Shown piece after piece: positions 29,644-39,248 of a stretch of DNA of 64,000 nt. The translations under genes and the position numbers were made by a program. Every line of letters starts with the position of its first letter. Positions within the stretch are counted from its first letter, which is position 1. The notes under the pieces were generated by a model. It did no database searches. It saw only the letters and a program-made list of their open reading frames with translations, and was not told where the DNA came from. This stretch comes from an uncultured archaeon (GTDB lineage Archaea; Asgardarchaeota; Lokiarchaeia; Sigyniarchaeales; SOKP01), in the NCBI GenBank assembly GCA_964632315.1, contig CAZWEM010000013.1, positions 24,907-88,906 of the forward strand. The letters run 5' to 3'.

Positions 29644-30150
29644 TCAAGAAAAAGATTTTTCGAATTTCCAAACGTCATCTTGAATCGTGTGAAGATTTTT
29701 TACCACTTTCCCTGATTTCTTTGCTTCCATTTCTTTTGCATCATATAATGCTTTTCCTACTGCTATTGAACGATCATGTGTCTCGTCTACTATGTCAATG
29801 ATATCACCCTTTTTTATTAAGGGGTCAATATTTGTAATTCCTGGCCTCATTATGTCAGCAGCATTCGCAATAAATCGAATGGCCCCCATATCTACGACTA
29901 CTTTCTTTAACTTTACTTTATTCTCTAAGAGTAACGTCAATACAGGTATGATACCCTCTTCTGACTTCCATAGCTTTAAATCATCATTTATCGCATATAG
30001 AACATCTCCCGCTTCTGTTTCTATGAATTCTATCTTCGCTTTATCTGGAATAATCTGAGCAAGAAAATCTTCGTCATATTGGCTTAAAATTTCCTCTTTT
30101 AAGTCTTTTATTTGTGATTTCTGAATGAAATGCCTTTGTTTAATATTCAT
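29644..30150 (-). CDS. Pre-PUA/PUA RNA-binding protein (archaeal MCTS1/Tma20-like)
   Basis: VVVDMGAIRFI..AADIMRPGI, GKVVKNLHTIQD. Confidence 0.9.
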   Translation of the reverse strand: MNIKQRHFIQKSQIKDLKEEILSQYDEDFLAQIIPDKAKIEFIETEAGDVLYAINDDLKLWKSEEGIIPVLTLLLENKVKLKKVVVDMGAIRFIANAADIMRPGITNIDPLIKKGDIIDIVDETHDRSIAVGKALYDAKEMEAKKSGKVVKNLHTIQDDVWKFEKSFS

Positions 30151-30297
30151 ATCATTATGTTAATACCCATTATTGAATAAAAATCTTATACCTCAAATTT
30201 TGAATGACGTTTTTAATTTAAAACCATAAAGAACTAATAAGAATCGAAATGAATATTCAACAAAAGTGAGTACTTTAAGAAAAACTAACTTGATATT

Positions 30298-30840
30298 ATG
30301 AGTAAAGTTTATACTTCTGCAGTCGTGATTATTCCTCCAGAAGATGAATGGATTTTAATCCAACAAATTAGAAAGTTATATGATTGGCAAATAAACAGAT
30401 GGATGCCACATATCACCCTCCTATATCCATTTAGACCAGAACATCTTTTTAATAAAATCTTAGGCAATTTTAAAAACACGTGTAAAAATATTACCTCATT
30501 TAATATCACCTTGAAAGAGATCAAATCTTTCACTCATGGAAAAAGTAGTCATACAATCTGGTTATCTCCAGAACCTATCGAACTAATAAAAGAACTTCAA
30601 GAAAAACTACTGAAAATAGTACCAGATTGCGATGATGTGAATAAACACGTGAAAGAATATACTCCTCATCTAAGTATTGGACAATTAAAAAGCTCTAAAG
30701 ACGATCTAAGTAAAATTATCAATCAAATTCAGGAAAATTGGAAGCCAATCGTCTTTTTGATAGAAAAAATTGCTTTTATCTCGCGTGAAAAAGAAAAAAA
30801 GAGTAGATTTCAAATAAAAAAGGAAATATTTTTAAAATGA
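30298..30840 (+). CDS. 2H phosphoesterase (2'-5' RNA ligase-like family)
   Basis: Two HxT/S motifs: PHITLLYPF and PHLSIGQ. Confidence 0.85.
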   Translation: MSKVYTSAVVIIPPEDEWILIQQIRKLYDWQINRWMPHITLLYPFRPEHLFNKILGNFKNTCKNITSFNITLKEIKSFTHGKSSHTIWLSPEPIELIKELQEKLLKIVPDCDDVNKHVKEYTPHLSIGQLKSSKDDLSKIINQIQENWKPIVFLIEKIAFISREKEKKSRFQIKKEIFLK

Positions 30841-31009
30841 TTCACAATACAAATTTTTAAAGCTGGGTTTTCGTTAATGGAATATTAACACTATTGTATT
30901 AAACCAATGCAAAATTAAGATGAACTCAAAGATTCGCTGCTAATATGATGACGCAAATAGTAGATTGGTTACTATTTTAGATATTCAATTGGTTAGAGGT
31001 TTCTATTAA

Positions 31010-32086
31010 ATGGTATTTAGTAACCCGATAAAAAACAAGAAAATAAAGGTTGGTATCCCCAGAGCACTCCATTTCTATCGTTACTACCCTTTTTGGAAAA
31101 AATTACTCGAAGAATTAGATGTTGATATCATTGTAAGTTCTCCAACAAATAAAACAATAGTAAATCTAGGGGTCACCCATGGTTTTGGTGAACTTTGTAT
31201 CCCTGTAAAAATATATTATGGACAAGTCATAAATTTAATCGAGAAATATTCTGATTTAGATTTTCTTTTTGTCCCAAGATATGTATCTGAAGATCCTGAT
31301 TCCTATTTTTGTCCTAAATTTATTTCACTCCCTGATGTAATTAAAATTCTACCTAAAATGCCAAAGATACTAAATTTTGAGGTAAATGCAAAAGAATTTC
31401 CCATTGCAATTTCTGCCATAGAACTTGGAAAACAACTTGGTAAAAATCCCATTGTATCTCTTAAGGCGTATAGGAAAGCACAATCATACTTCTATGAATA
31501 TCACAGATTTCTCCGTGAAGGAGGTTCAGTAAATTATGCTTTACGTTTAGTTCAGCGTAATTTACCTTTTAAACTCCCGAAAAAGCAACTTAAGGGGGAA
31601 ATTCGATTTCTCTTATTAGGTCACGCCTATAACCTATTTGATACTTTTATTAATTTAGATTTTATTAAAAAATTACAAGATCAAAATGTAGAAGTACTCA
31701 CTATTGAAAACCTCCCAGAATATATCTTCAAAAAACCAGTTATAGTAAATCCAAACGGAGGGAAATTAAGGAATTATTGGCGTCATGAAGAAGAAATAAT
31801 GCAAGCCATTCGATTTTTTCTTACTAAGGGTCGAAATGAAATAGATGGTGTCATTTTTTTAATTAGCTTTGCATGTGGTCCAGATAGTCTTATCTCTGAA
31901 TTAATAATGCGCGATATGAAAGTAGTTGGATTACCATTTCTGGAGATAATAATGGATGAACATTCGGGAGAAGCAGGAATGATGACTCGAATAGAGAGTT
32001 TTGTTGAAATGGTCCGTCGAAAAAGAAAGAAACTTGGTTTAGAACCGAGATGGAAATCAAAAACTAACTTTTCAGAAGATGTTTAA
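31010..32086 (+). CDS. DUF2229 / 2-hydroxyacyl-CoA dehydratase-like subunit (PlsA/Ger-related)
   Basis: VGIPRAL, LCIPVK, FCPKF, GHAYN, SFACGPDS, DEHSGEAG..TRIESF. Confidence 0.8.
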   Translation: MVFSNPIKNKKIKVGIPRALHFYRYYPFWKKLLEELDVDIIVSSPTNKTIVNLGVTHGFGELCIPVKIYYGQVINLIEKYSDLDFLFVPRYVSEDPDSYFCPKFISLPDVIKILPKMPKILNFEVNAKEFPIAISAIELGKQLGKNPIVSLKAYRKAQSYFYEYHRFLREGGSVNYALRLVQRNLPFKLPKKQLKGEIRFLLLGHAYNLFDTFINLDFIKKLQDQNVEVLTIENLPEYIFKKPVIVNPNGGKLRNYWRHEEEIMQAIRFFLTKGRNEIDGVIFLISFACGPDSLISELIMRDMKVVGLPFLEIIMDEHSGEAGMMTRIESFVEMVRRKRKKLGLEPRWKSKTNFSEDV

Positions 32087-32429
32087 GAAAGATTTGATTT
32101 CAATTATTTAAAGGAGATAACTATTAATACAAGGATTATATTTCAATTTTGTTCTTAATAGACTTAACTTACATCAAATTAGTTATTCCTTTTTCAAGAC
32201 TTTTTGATGTTTTCCATTAAATAATCAAAAAGTAATTTCTCTAAATTTTACCAATAATTATAGTCTAAAATCTACATAAAAATTAATTATTCTTATGCAT
32301 TTCGTTCATTTTACAAAAATAATGAGAAAATGTATAGTTTTCTTAAAAAAAAACCCATAATAATACTACTAAAAATATCAATTGTTTGAAGTTTTAAAGT
32401 TAAAGGATAATTTATTTATTTAAGGCTAT

Positions 32430-32470
32430 GATATTAAATCAAAGATCCAATTAATTAAGATATTAAATCA
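32430..32470 (+). repeat. 12-bp direct repeat GATATTAAATCA x2 (period 29)
   Basis: Copies at 32430-32441 and 32459-32470, just upstream of the start at 32491. Confidence 0.45.
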
Positions 32471-32490
32471 CTTTAAAAAATAAAAAAACT

Positions 32491-33678
32491 ATGCTTATAT
32501 CCTTTCCGAATTTAGGTAATTCATGGCCTGCCTTTAAAACGTTGTTTACGGCGTTGGACCTAGATGTAATCCTTCCCGATCCCACAAATCGAGAGGCAAT
32601 CAAAATTGGGGTTAAATATAGCCCTGAGTTTGTATGTTTTCCCTTTAAAGCAACACTTGGCGATTTTGTTAGTGCTATTAAGAAAGGAGCAGATACTTTG
32701 GTAATGGCAATCGATTGTGGACCTTGTCGCTTTGGGTTTTATGCAAGTGTTCAAGAACGGATTTTAAAGGACATGGGATATGAGAACATACATGTAATTC
32801 CCTTAGATCAAGCTGATCTTTTGGAATTTCATTGGGTCAAGACGCTTCAAGACTTAAATGGTCGAAAAGACTTGTTTATGTACTCGAAATTTGTTAAAGC
32901 AGTAATGTATTTCTTGAAAAAAACAAAATTAATACAAGATATTCAAACAGCAGAAGGATTATTCCGTGCTTATGAACGTAATTTAGGAGCTACGACTCAA
33001 GTCGTCAACAATTTATTACAGAAGTTAGATGAAGCTAACTCTTTACCAGAACTACGGAATTTTAAAAATGTGATCAAAAAAAATTTTAATACCATTGATG
33101 TTGATAAGACACGAACACCCTTAAGGGTTGGACTTTCAGGTGAGATTCATATTAGCCTTGAGCCATATGTAAATTTAGATATTAGGCGAAAATTAGGGGA
33201 GATGGGTGTTGAAATTCATCAGAATTTAAGTCTTTATGATTGGGTTATTCATAAATTTCATCTTAATTTTCACCGAAAATGGCTTGAACATTTAGCAAAA
33301 CCTTATGTACCAATGGATATTGGCGGTGAATGTGTTTGGGTTATTGGAGAATACATAGATAAAGCAAATGCGGGGTTTGACGGGTTCGTTCATTCCTATC
33401 CTTTTACGTGCATGCCTGAAGTGACTGCTCGGACAATTATAACCAATAAGCTTAAGAAAATTTACGATCTTCCAATAATTTATTTCTCTTTTGACGAGCA
33501 AAGTGGTCAAGAGGGTTTTCGAACACGATTAGAGGCCTTTTATGATTTAATGCAAGCCAGGCGTGACCAAGAAATTAAGAATACTCCAGAATTTATGGCA
33601 AATAGCAAACAGAAGATTTATCCATATTTTGGAGATAATTTTTATAATGAGATAGCTCAATTAATCCAAACAGAGTGA
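32491..33678 (+). CDS. 2-hydroxyacyl-CoA dehydratase-like reductase subunit (PlsR-like)
   Basis: SPEFVCFPFK, GPCRFG.Y, GEI, GGE, PFTCMPE, DEQSG..G..TRLEAF. Confidence 0.8.
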   Translation: MLISFPNLGNSWPAFKTLFTALDLDVILPDPTNREAIKIGVKYSPEFVCFPFKATLGDFVSAIKKGADTLVMAIDCGPCRFGFYASVQERILKDMGYENIHVIPLDQADLLEFHWVKTLQDLNGRKDLFMYSKFVKAVMYFLKKTKLIQDIQTAEGLFRAYERNLGATTQVVNNLLQKLDEANSLPELRNFKNVIKKNFNTIDVDKTRTPLRVGLSGEIHISLEPYVNLDIRRKLGEMGVEIHQNLSLYDWVIHKFHLNFHRKWLEHLAKPYVPMDIGGECVWVIGEYIDKANAGFDGFVHSYPFTCMPEVTARTIITNKLKKIYDLPIIYFSFDEQSGQEGFRTRLEAFYDLMQARRDQEIKNTPEFMANSKQKIYPYFGDNFYNEIAQLIQTE

Positions 33679-33686
33679 AAATGTAA

Positions 33687-34712
33687 ATGGTTGAAGTTTC
33701 AGATAAAGTAAAAAGTGATGAGAGGAAAAAAGAAGCTTTTTTAGGCATTGATATTGGTTCAGTTTCCTGTAAATTTGTACTCATGAATATAAATGGGGAA
33801 GTTTTGACAAGTGTGTTTTTACGAAATCGAGGTTCTCCGATAGATTCAGCAAAAGCGGGGATGTCAGAATTGAGAACAAAAATACAAGAAAATGAAGAAT
33901 TCCAAGATTATGTCATAAAGTGTTGCGGAACCACGGGTTCGGCACGTTATTTAACTAAAGCGGTCGTTGGTGGTGATTTAGCGAAAACAGAGATAATTGC
34001 TCATGCTGTTGCTACTCAATCAATGTATCCCGAGGTGCGCACAATTTTAGAGATCGGTGGGCAAGATTCGAAAATTATCATTTTGCGGGATGGAATAATA
34101 GTTGATTTCGCAATGAATTCGGTTTGTGCCGCAGGTACAGGTTCATTTCTTGATCACCAAGCAGGTAGGTTATGTATACCAATAGAAGAATTTGGAGATT
34201 ATGCTATTCGATCAACAAATCCGGTTAGCATTGCCGGAAGATGCACTGTATTTGCTGAATCAGACATGATCCATAAACAAAACGCGGGTTATTCCAAGGA
34301 AGATATTATTGCTGGCTTATGCGATTCCTTAGTACGTAATTATATGAATAATCTTGGAAAAGGAAAAGAACTGGAAGAACCTGTTGTATTTCAAGGAGGC
34401 GTTTCATATAATAAAGGAATTGTTGAGGCTTTTGAGCGCCATTTAGGCTGTAGGGTAATTGTACCGAAATATAATGTTTTTATGGGGGCATTAGGGATGG
34501 CAATATTGGTAAGGGATTATTATCTAGAAAATGGGAATGAAACTATATTTCGAGGTTTAGAAGTATCTGATATTGAATTTAAAACTTCTGCTTTTCACTG
34601 TGGGGATTGTCCTAATAATTGTGAAATTGTACAAGTCCAAATTCCCGAACAAGGTAATAAAATAATTGCTAGATGGGGATCAAGATGTGGAAAGTGGGAT
34701 CAGTTAACATGA
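33687..34712 (+). CDS. ASKHA-type CoA-enzyme activase (HgdC/BcrAD family) with C-terminal Cys cluster
   Basis: GIDIGSVS, TTGSAR, EIGGQDSK, MNSVCAAGTGSFL, RCTVFAESD, GGV; tail CGDCPNNC...RCGKW. Confidence 0.9.
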   Translation: MVEVSDKVKSDERKKEAFLGIDIGSVSCKFVLMNINGEVLTSVFLRNRGSPIDSAKAGMSELRTKIQENEEFQDYVIKCCGTTGSARYLTKAVVGGDLAKTEIIAHAVATQSMYPEVRTILEIGGQDSKIIILRDGIIVDFAMNSVCAAGTGSFLDHQAGRLCIPIEEFGDYAIRSTNPVSIAGRCTVFAESDMIHKQNAGYSKEDIIAGLCDSLVRNYMNNLGKGKELEEPVVFQGGVSYNKGIVEAFERHLGCRVIVPKYNVFMGALGMAILVRDYYLENGNETIFRGLEVSDIEFKTSAFHCGDCPNNCEIVQVQIPEQGNKIIARWGSRCGKWDQLT

Positions 34713-34739
34713 TTGTAAATACTTAGAGGTATATGTGAT

Positions 34740-34934
34740 ATGGCAGAATTTTTGAAGCAATTGATGGAATTGGGAGAAGAATTTTTCGAAACCATCAAAC
34801 ACAAGACTAAATTATCTACCTTTTTTGATATGTACACCGAAAAAGTTATTCCTACATTTGTTTCTGAGAAAGATTTAAAAGAGTATTACGAGAAGCGGAT
34901 GGAGGATGTAAATAAACTTATTGATAAATTATAA
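34740..34934 (+). CDS. Small helical hypothetical protein, probably co-transcribed with the activase
   Basis: GAGGT SD upstream; 27 bp after the activase stop. Confidence 0.6.
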   Translation: MAEFLKQLMELGEEFFETIKHKTKLSTFFDMYTEKVIPTFVSEKDLKEYYEKRMEDVNKLIDKL

Positions 34935-35278
34935 ACTAACTCAAAATTTACGATATAAAATACTGCACAAAAAGGACCAGAAGTTATGGGAATAGACAAT
35001 ATCTTTAATAGGGTTTTAATGGGAAACATTCTCTTTTTGGATTTAATTATGCAATAATAATCATACATTTTGGTTGGTTCCCGAACTTGTTAAACTAATG
35101 AAGGATCTTAAAGAAAATTATTTTATTTAGTATCAGATTTTGACGATGTGAATAAATTCACCATTGAAAATTTAATTTTACTTATAACCATATGAAAAGC
35201 TTTCAAAGATAAATCTTTTATTAGATACTATCTCAAATTATAGTAAGACAAAAAGATTAATTTTAGATTTTAGATAAA

Positions 35279-36172
35279 GTGGAAGTTATGTCGAAAAAAG
35301 ATGAGGAATTTCGTGATGTATTGGAGGGAATAAAGGAAGATAATACATTAAATTCAAAGATTTCGCTATTAATTAAGCTATTAGAGAAAATGAGTAATAA
35401 TGTGGATAAAGCGGAAGCTTTTAGGGAATTATTGATAGCAATGCGGCAGGGAGATTTACTGAAGCGATATTTTTCGAAGGCTTTAAGTTTAGCGGAAGAT
35501 ATCAGATATGACGATGATTATTTCCGTACATTTGCTGATCTATTAGATGTGATTCATAACACGGAATTGTTAAAGAATAATTTTCAAGTCATTTTAAATA
35601 CTGTAGAAAATATGGAAAACGATTATGATAGAATATATGCCTTTGCAGAAGTACTAAGAGTTATTCACGGATCTGAACTAATGAATAATTTCTACCTTCG
35701 AATTGAGACAATATGTGCTAAAGTTGTAGACACACTAGAAAAAATTGATTTTCCATTTCAGATGCATACCGGAGGAGTAATCTATTATTATAGGGAGAGG
35801 GCTTGCAAAGTTTTATTAGAAGTAATAAAAGGCAGTAGACTTGAGGAAAAATTCGGCAGTCGAATTGAAAGGATATGTATGGTAAAGCTTCATCTGAAAT
35901 ATCAAGAATTCAAGAAAAAATTACCATTTACGACCTCACAAATTTATGAAGCCTATATTTTTAATAATGAAGAAAATTGTATTCACGAGTTTAACCAATA
36001 TGAGGATGATGTCTTCTTTGATGATGCTGGATCAGAAATGTATTTAAGCGGTAAAATGTTAATGAATTTTTTTATTCAACATCTCTCCGATGGCCATTAT
36101 ATTGAAGTTTATCTCGATTCTAATAAACTTGTTGGCCTACATCCCAATCATTTTCCTTTTCTATATGATTAA
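35279..36172 (+). CDS. Hypothetical helical-repeat protein
   Basis: About 37-aa repeats with F.(E/D)LL.(V/A)I....L pattern. Confidence 0.6.
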   Translation: MEVMSKKDEEFRDVLEGIKEDNTLNSKISLLIKLLEKMSNNVDKAEAFRELLIAMRQGDLLKRYFSKALSLAEDIRYDDDYFRTFADLLDVIHNTELLKNNFQVILNTVENMENDYDRIYAFAEVLRVIHGSELMNNFYLRIETICAKVVDTLEKIDFPFQMHTGGVIYYYRERACKVLLEVIKGSRLEEKFGSRIERICMVKLHLKYQEFKKKLPFTTSQIYEAYIFNNEENCIHEFNQYEDDVFFDDAGSEMYLSGKMLMNFFIQHLSDGHYIEVYLDSNKLVGLHPNHFPFLYD

Positions 36173-36498
36173 GGAATTTGATAATCTGTCCAACTTGATA
36201 GACAATATAAGTTAAAAGGAGTCTGATAGTTAGGGGAGTACTTCCCGCTGACATAAAATGTATGTCTCTCTCTGGAGTGATAAAATTTGGTTCATTTCTC
36301 ACAATAACGATTAAACCTCTAAGTTTCAAATTAAATGTTAATCAAACTAAAATTATCTCTTTAAGGACTAATTAATTTTTTGTTTGTTAGTAAATTAGTT
36401 AAATAAGCCACTCTTTTAATAAGGTATAAACCAATTGATTTAAAAAAAGCGAATATATAATATAAATAATCGAGATTAATATTTCAACACTGATTATA

Positions 36499-37059
36499 AT
36501 GAGTAAAGACTCTAGTGATATTGTTTTCCAAGGTCGAACTGAGGCAATATTTAAAGTAATTGTTATTGGAGATCCCGCCGTGGGGAAAACTAGCTTACTT
36601 ACCAAGTTTTCTACTAATAAGTTTGAGGAGCGTTACGTGGCAACGGTTGGGGTAAATATAGTTAAAGAACCAATCTCCTTAGAAACGCAGAACGTCACGG
36701 TGAACTTGATGTTTTGGGACGTTGCTGGACAACCCCAATTTTACATGCTTCATCGACCATATTTCAATGGAGCGGACGGTATGATTTTAGTATTTGATGT
36801 CACGCGTTCTAGCACGTTCAGTAATGTAAATAATTGGTATACTACAGCAGTCAAGTATGGATTAAGCCATATTCCTCGCATTTTAATAGGAAATAAAATT
36901 GATCTTAACGATGAAAGAAAAATCATTCTACCAATGGCTGAACATTTAAGTGAAAAACTAAACGCTCCATATTTAGAGACTTCGGCATTAACTGGTGAGA
37001 ACGTGAAATTCGTGTTCAATAAAATCGCGCAATTGGTATATGAGTCAAAAGCTTCATAA
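36499..37059 (+). CDS. Rab-like small GTPase
   Basis: GDPAVGKT, TVGV, WDVAGQ, NKID, ETSA. Confidence 0.92.
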   Translation: MSKDSSDIVFQGRTEAIFKVIVIGDPAVGKTSLLTKFSTNKFEERYVATVGVNIVKEPISLETQNVTVNLMFWDVAGQPQFYMLHRPYFNGADGMILVFDVTRSSTFSNVNNWYTTAVKYGLSHIPRILIGNKIDLNDERKIILPMAEHLSEKLNAPYLETSALTGENVKFVFNKIAQLVYESKAS

Positions 37060-37181
37060 ATTTCATTTTTCTCTCTAAATTTTTTCTGAATGATTATTCA
37101 AAACACTTAAAAGAGAATCTTCTTTTGTTTGCATACTTATTTAATTTTATTCAATAGTAATTAAGACAATATGGTATTGAT

Positions 37182-37334
37182 ATGACAGAAATTAAATTAC
37201 AAATAAATGACAAAGAAATTCGATTAAATGAAATAATGAGCACAGTTCTTACTAACATTAATATGGGCTTTATTAATGCATTAAATGACATTCCAGAGGA
37301 AAAAAAGAAGCTAACTCTCGAAATTTCTTTTTAA
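37182..37334 (+). CDS. Small protein, 50 aa (MTEIKLQINDKEIRLNEIMSTVLTNINMGFINALNDIPEEKKKLTLEISF)
   Basis: Below the ORF-track cutoff. ATG 37182, TAA 37332-34. Beta-beta-helix-beta pattern resembling the C-terminal domain of archaeal MobB-like proteins. Confidence 0.55.
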   Translation: MTEIKLQINDKEIRLNEIMSTVLTNINMGFINALNDIPEEKKKLTLEISF

Positions 37335-37483
37335 ATCTCATTAATGCATTGAAAAAGAAGAAAATCTTTGTGTCTAATCCAACAACTTATAGACTTTGTT
37401 GATGAAGATTTTTAGATTTTGATGATAAATTAAACAATTCTACGAGCTTTCTTCTCATTTTTACAATTAGACAAGGATTAGTA

Positions 37484-38179
37484 CTAATCTTTCACATCTA
37501 ACTTGTTTATCCAGAAAGTAATTCGTTCTTGCAAGTATTTATCAAAAGCAGTTGAATCTGGATCATTTTTATCAAAAGGATCAGAGAATGACTTAATGCT
37601 ATTTAACCTGTTAATAACTTGAGATATCTCATAATTTATCCTGTGTCCTCCTGTAAATTCAAAAATCTCTTCCTTAATCTTTCCTAGCGGCTTTACGAGA
37701 GTTTGTGGATCACTAATTGAACTTATTTGGTCCTTCAAATCGTTAAATTGCTTGATGATTCCTAATTTAACATCTGTAGCAACTTTTTCTCTTTTTATTG
37801 TTCCCAATTCTTTATCATCATCTTTAGAAATAGTCTTTACATTTTGTACAAGGTTTTGAATAAGCTCTAAGTCTTTTCGAAGTTGCCTTTGGCTTTCTAT
37901 TACTGTGTTGAGTTGAGGCTTCATGCTTTTTATATCCAGGGTTGCTTGACTTAAATCATTAACCTTATCGGTAAGTTTGTTAAGTTTTAAATTAGTTTGA
38001 CCCAACTTTGTAATTAAATCAAGTCCAAATTTTTCTAAAATTGAAGAAAATTGAGAAAGTTTTTCCTCAAGTTCTCTAAACTTGTCATCAATATAGTTTT
38101 TATCCACCATGCGAACTTTTTCACTTTTATTTTGTAAGATTACCTGAGAGAAAATTATAAACTGGGTGGAAAATAACAA
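37484..38179 (-). CDS. Coiled-coil hypothetical protein
   Basis: Heptad-rich; true start probably MVDKNY (ATG near 38110). Confidence 0.6.
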   Translation of the reverse strand: MLFSTQFIIFSQVILQNKSEKVRMVDKNYIDDKFRELEEKLSQFSSILEKFGLDLITKLGQTNLKLNKLTDKVNDLSQATLDIKSMKPQLNTVIESQRQLRKDLELIQNLVQNVKTISKDDDKELGTIKREKVATDVKLGIIKQFNDLKDQISSISDPQTLVKPLGKIKEEIFEFTGGHRINYEISQVINRLNSIKSFSDPFDKNDPDSTAFDKYLQERITFWINKLDVKD

Positions 38180-38275
38180 TTTTTTTATTATTCTTCTTTA
38201 TTTATTAATATAATATTCAAATTTAAATTCAAGCTTTATTGAGAAAAGAAAGTAAGTACAAATCTTAACGATTGC

Positions 38276-39175
38276 GTGATTACAATTATACAATATTTAA
38301 ACCTCTTAACTAAGGACGGAAAGAGTCTCATTTTTAGGAACTATGGGAGCTCGGACGTAGATAGAGATTTATTAGCTGGTTTTCTAAGTGCGTTTTCAGG
38401 GTTTATGAAAGAGATAAGTCAACAAGAGATAAGATCTACAGCTACAGACGAATTTAAATACTATTATACCATAATTGATGACATAATTATTGTCGTGTGT
38501 GCTGATTTGGATGATGACGATACAACAATTAATTCAAAAATCACCACCATAAAAAATAAATTCATAGAAAATTATGGTGAGATTATATCTGATGGGTCAT
38601 GGGCAGGAAATCGCTCTGTTTTCAATTCTTTTGAGAAAGTAATCGATGATACCATTTTAGGTGCAATAAAAGTTTCAATCATCGGAATGGGTGGCGTAGG
38701 TAAAACAACTTTACTTCATCTAATTTGTGGAACTGATGTTGATCTAGAATATATTCCAACGATTAATGTCGACATCACGAATTATGATGGTTCAGAATTA
38801 GGGTTGAATCGTAGTATAGTTCTATGGGACTTTGCAGGCCAAGAAAATTTTCGATCCTTATGGAAAAGCCTTTTAGATTCTACGGATATTGCGTTATTGG
38901 TATTAGATTCAAGCTTCGAAAATGTTAATTCCAGTAAAGATATCATTGCCGATATATTGGATAAATATTATAAAGATGTTCTTGTAATCGGAATAGCAAA
39001 CAAACAAGATCTGCCTAATCGATTAACATCCGATTTCTGTGAAAAAATCATTGCAAAAGCAGACAGACACCCCCCTATTAAAGTTCATGGGATGATCGCG
39101 ATCAATCATGTATATAGAGAAAAAATTCATGCTATTTTAACAGAAGCGATAAATCAATTGTATCCGATAAAATAA
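38276..39175 (+). CDS. Longin-domain / small GTPase fusion
   Basis: N-terminal longin-like DG.SLI.R...DLLAGFLSA...F.KE; C-terminal GMGGVGKT, PTI, WDFAGQ, NKQD. Confidence 0.85.
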   Translation: MITIIQYLNLLTKDGKSLIFRNYGSSDVDRDLLAGFLSAFSGFMKEISQQEIRSTATDEFKYYYTIIDDIIIVVCADLDDDDTTINSKITTIKNKFIENYGEIISDGSWAGNRSVFNSFEKVIDDTILGAIKVSIIGMGGVGKTTLLHLICGTDVDLEYIPTINVDITNYDGSELGLNRSIVLWDFAGQENFRSLWKSLLDSTDIALLVLDSSFENVNSSKDIIADILDKYYKDVLVIGIANKQDLPNRLTSDFCEKIIAKADRHPPIKVHGMIAINHVYREKIHAILTEAINQLYPIK

Positions 39176-39248
39176 AGATACATTCAAATGATATTACATA
39201 TCAATCATCCTTTAGGTGTTCATTTCTTATTTTTAATTATTAGCCTAA

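Noticed and set aside
34886-35068. 60-aa - strand ORF, and likewise 36120-36329
   Set aside because: They overlap the ends of better-supported genes and have no protein-like motifs
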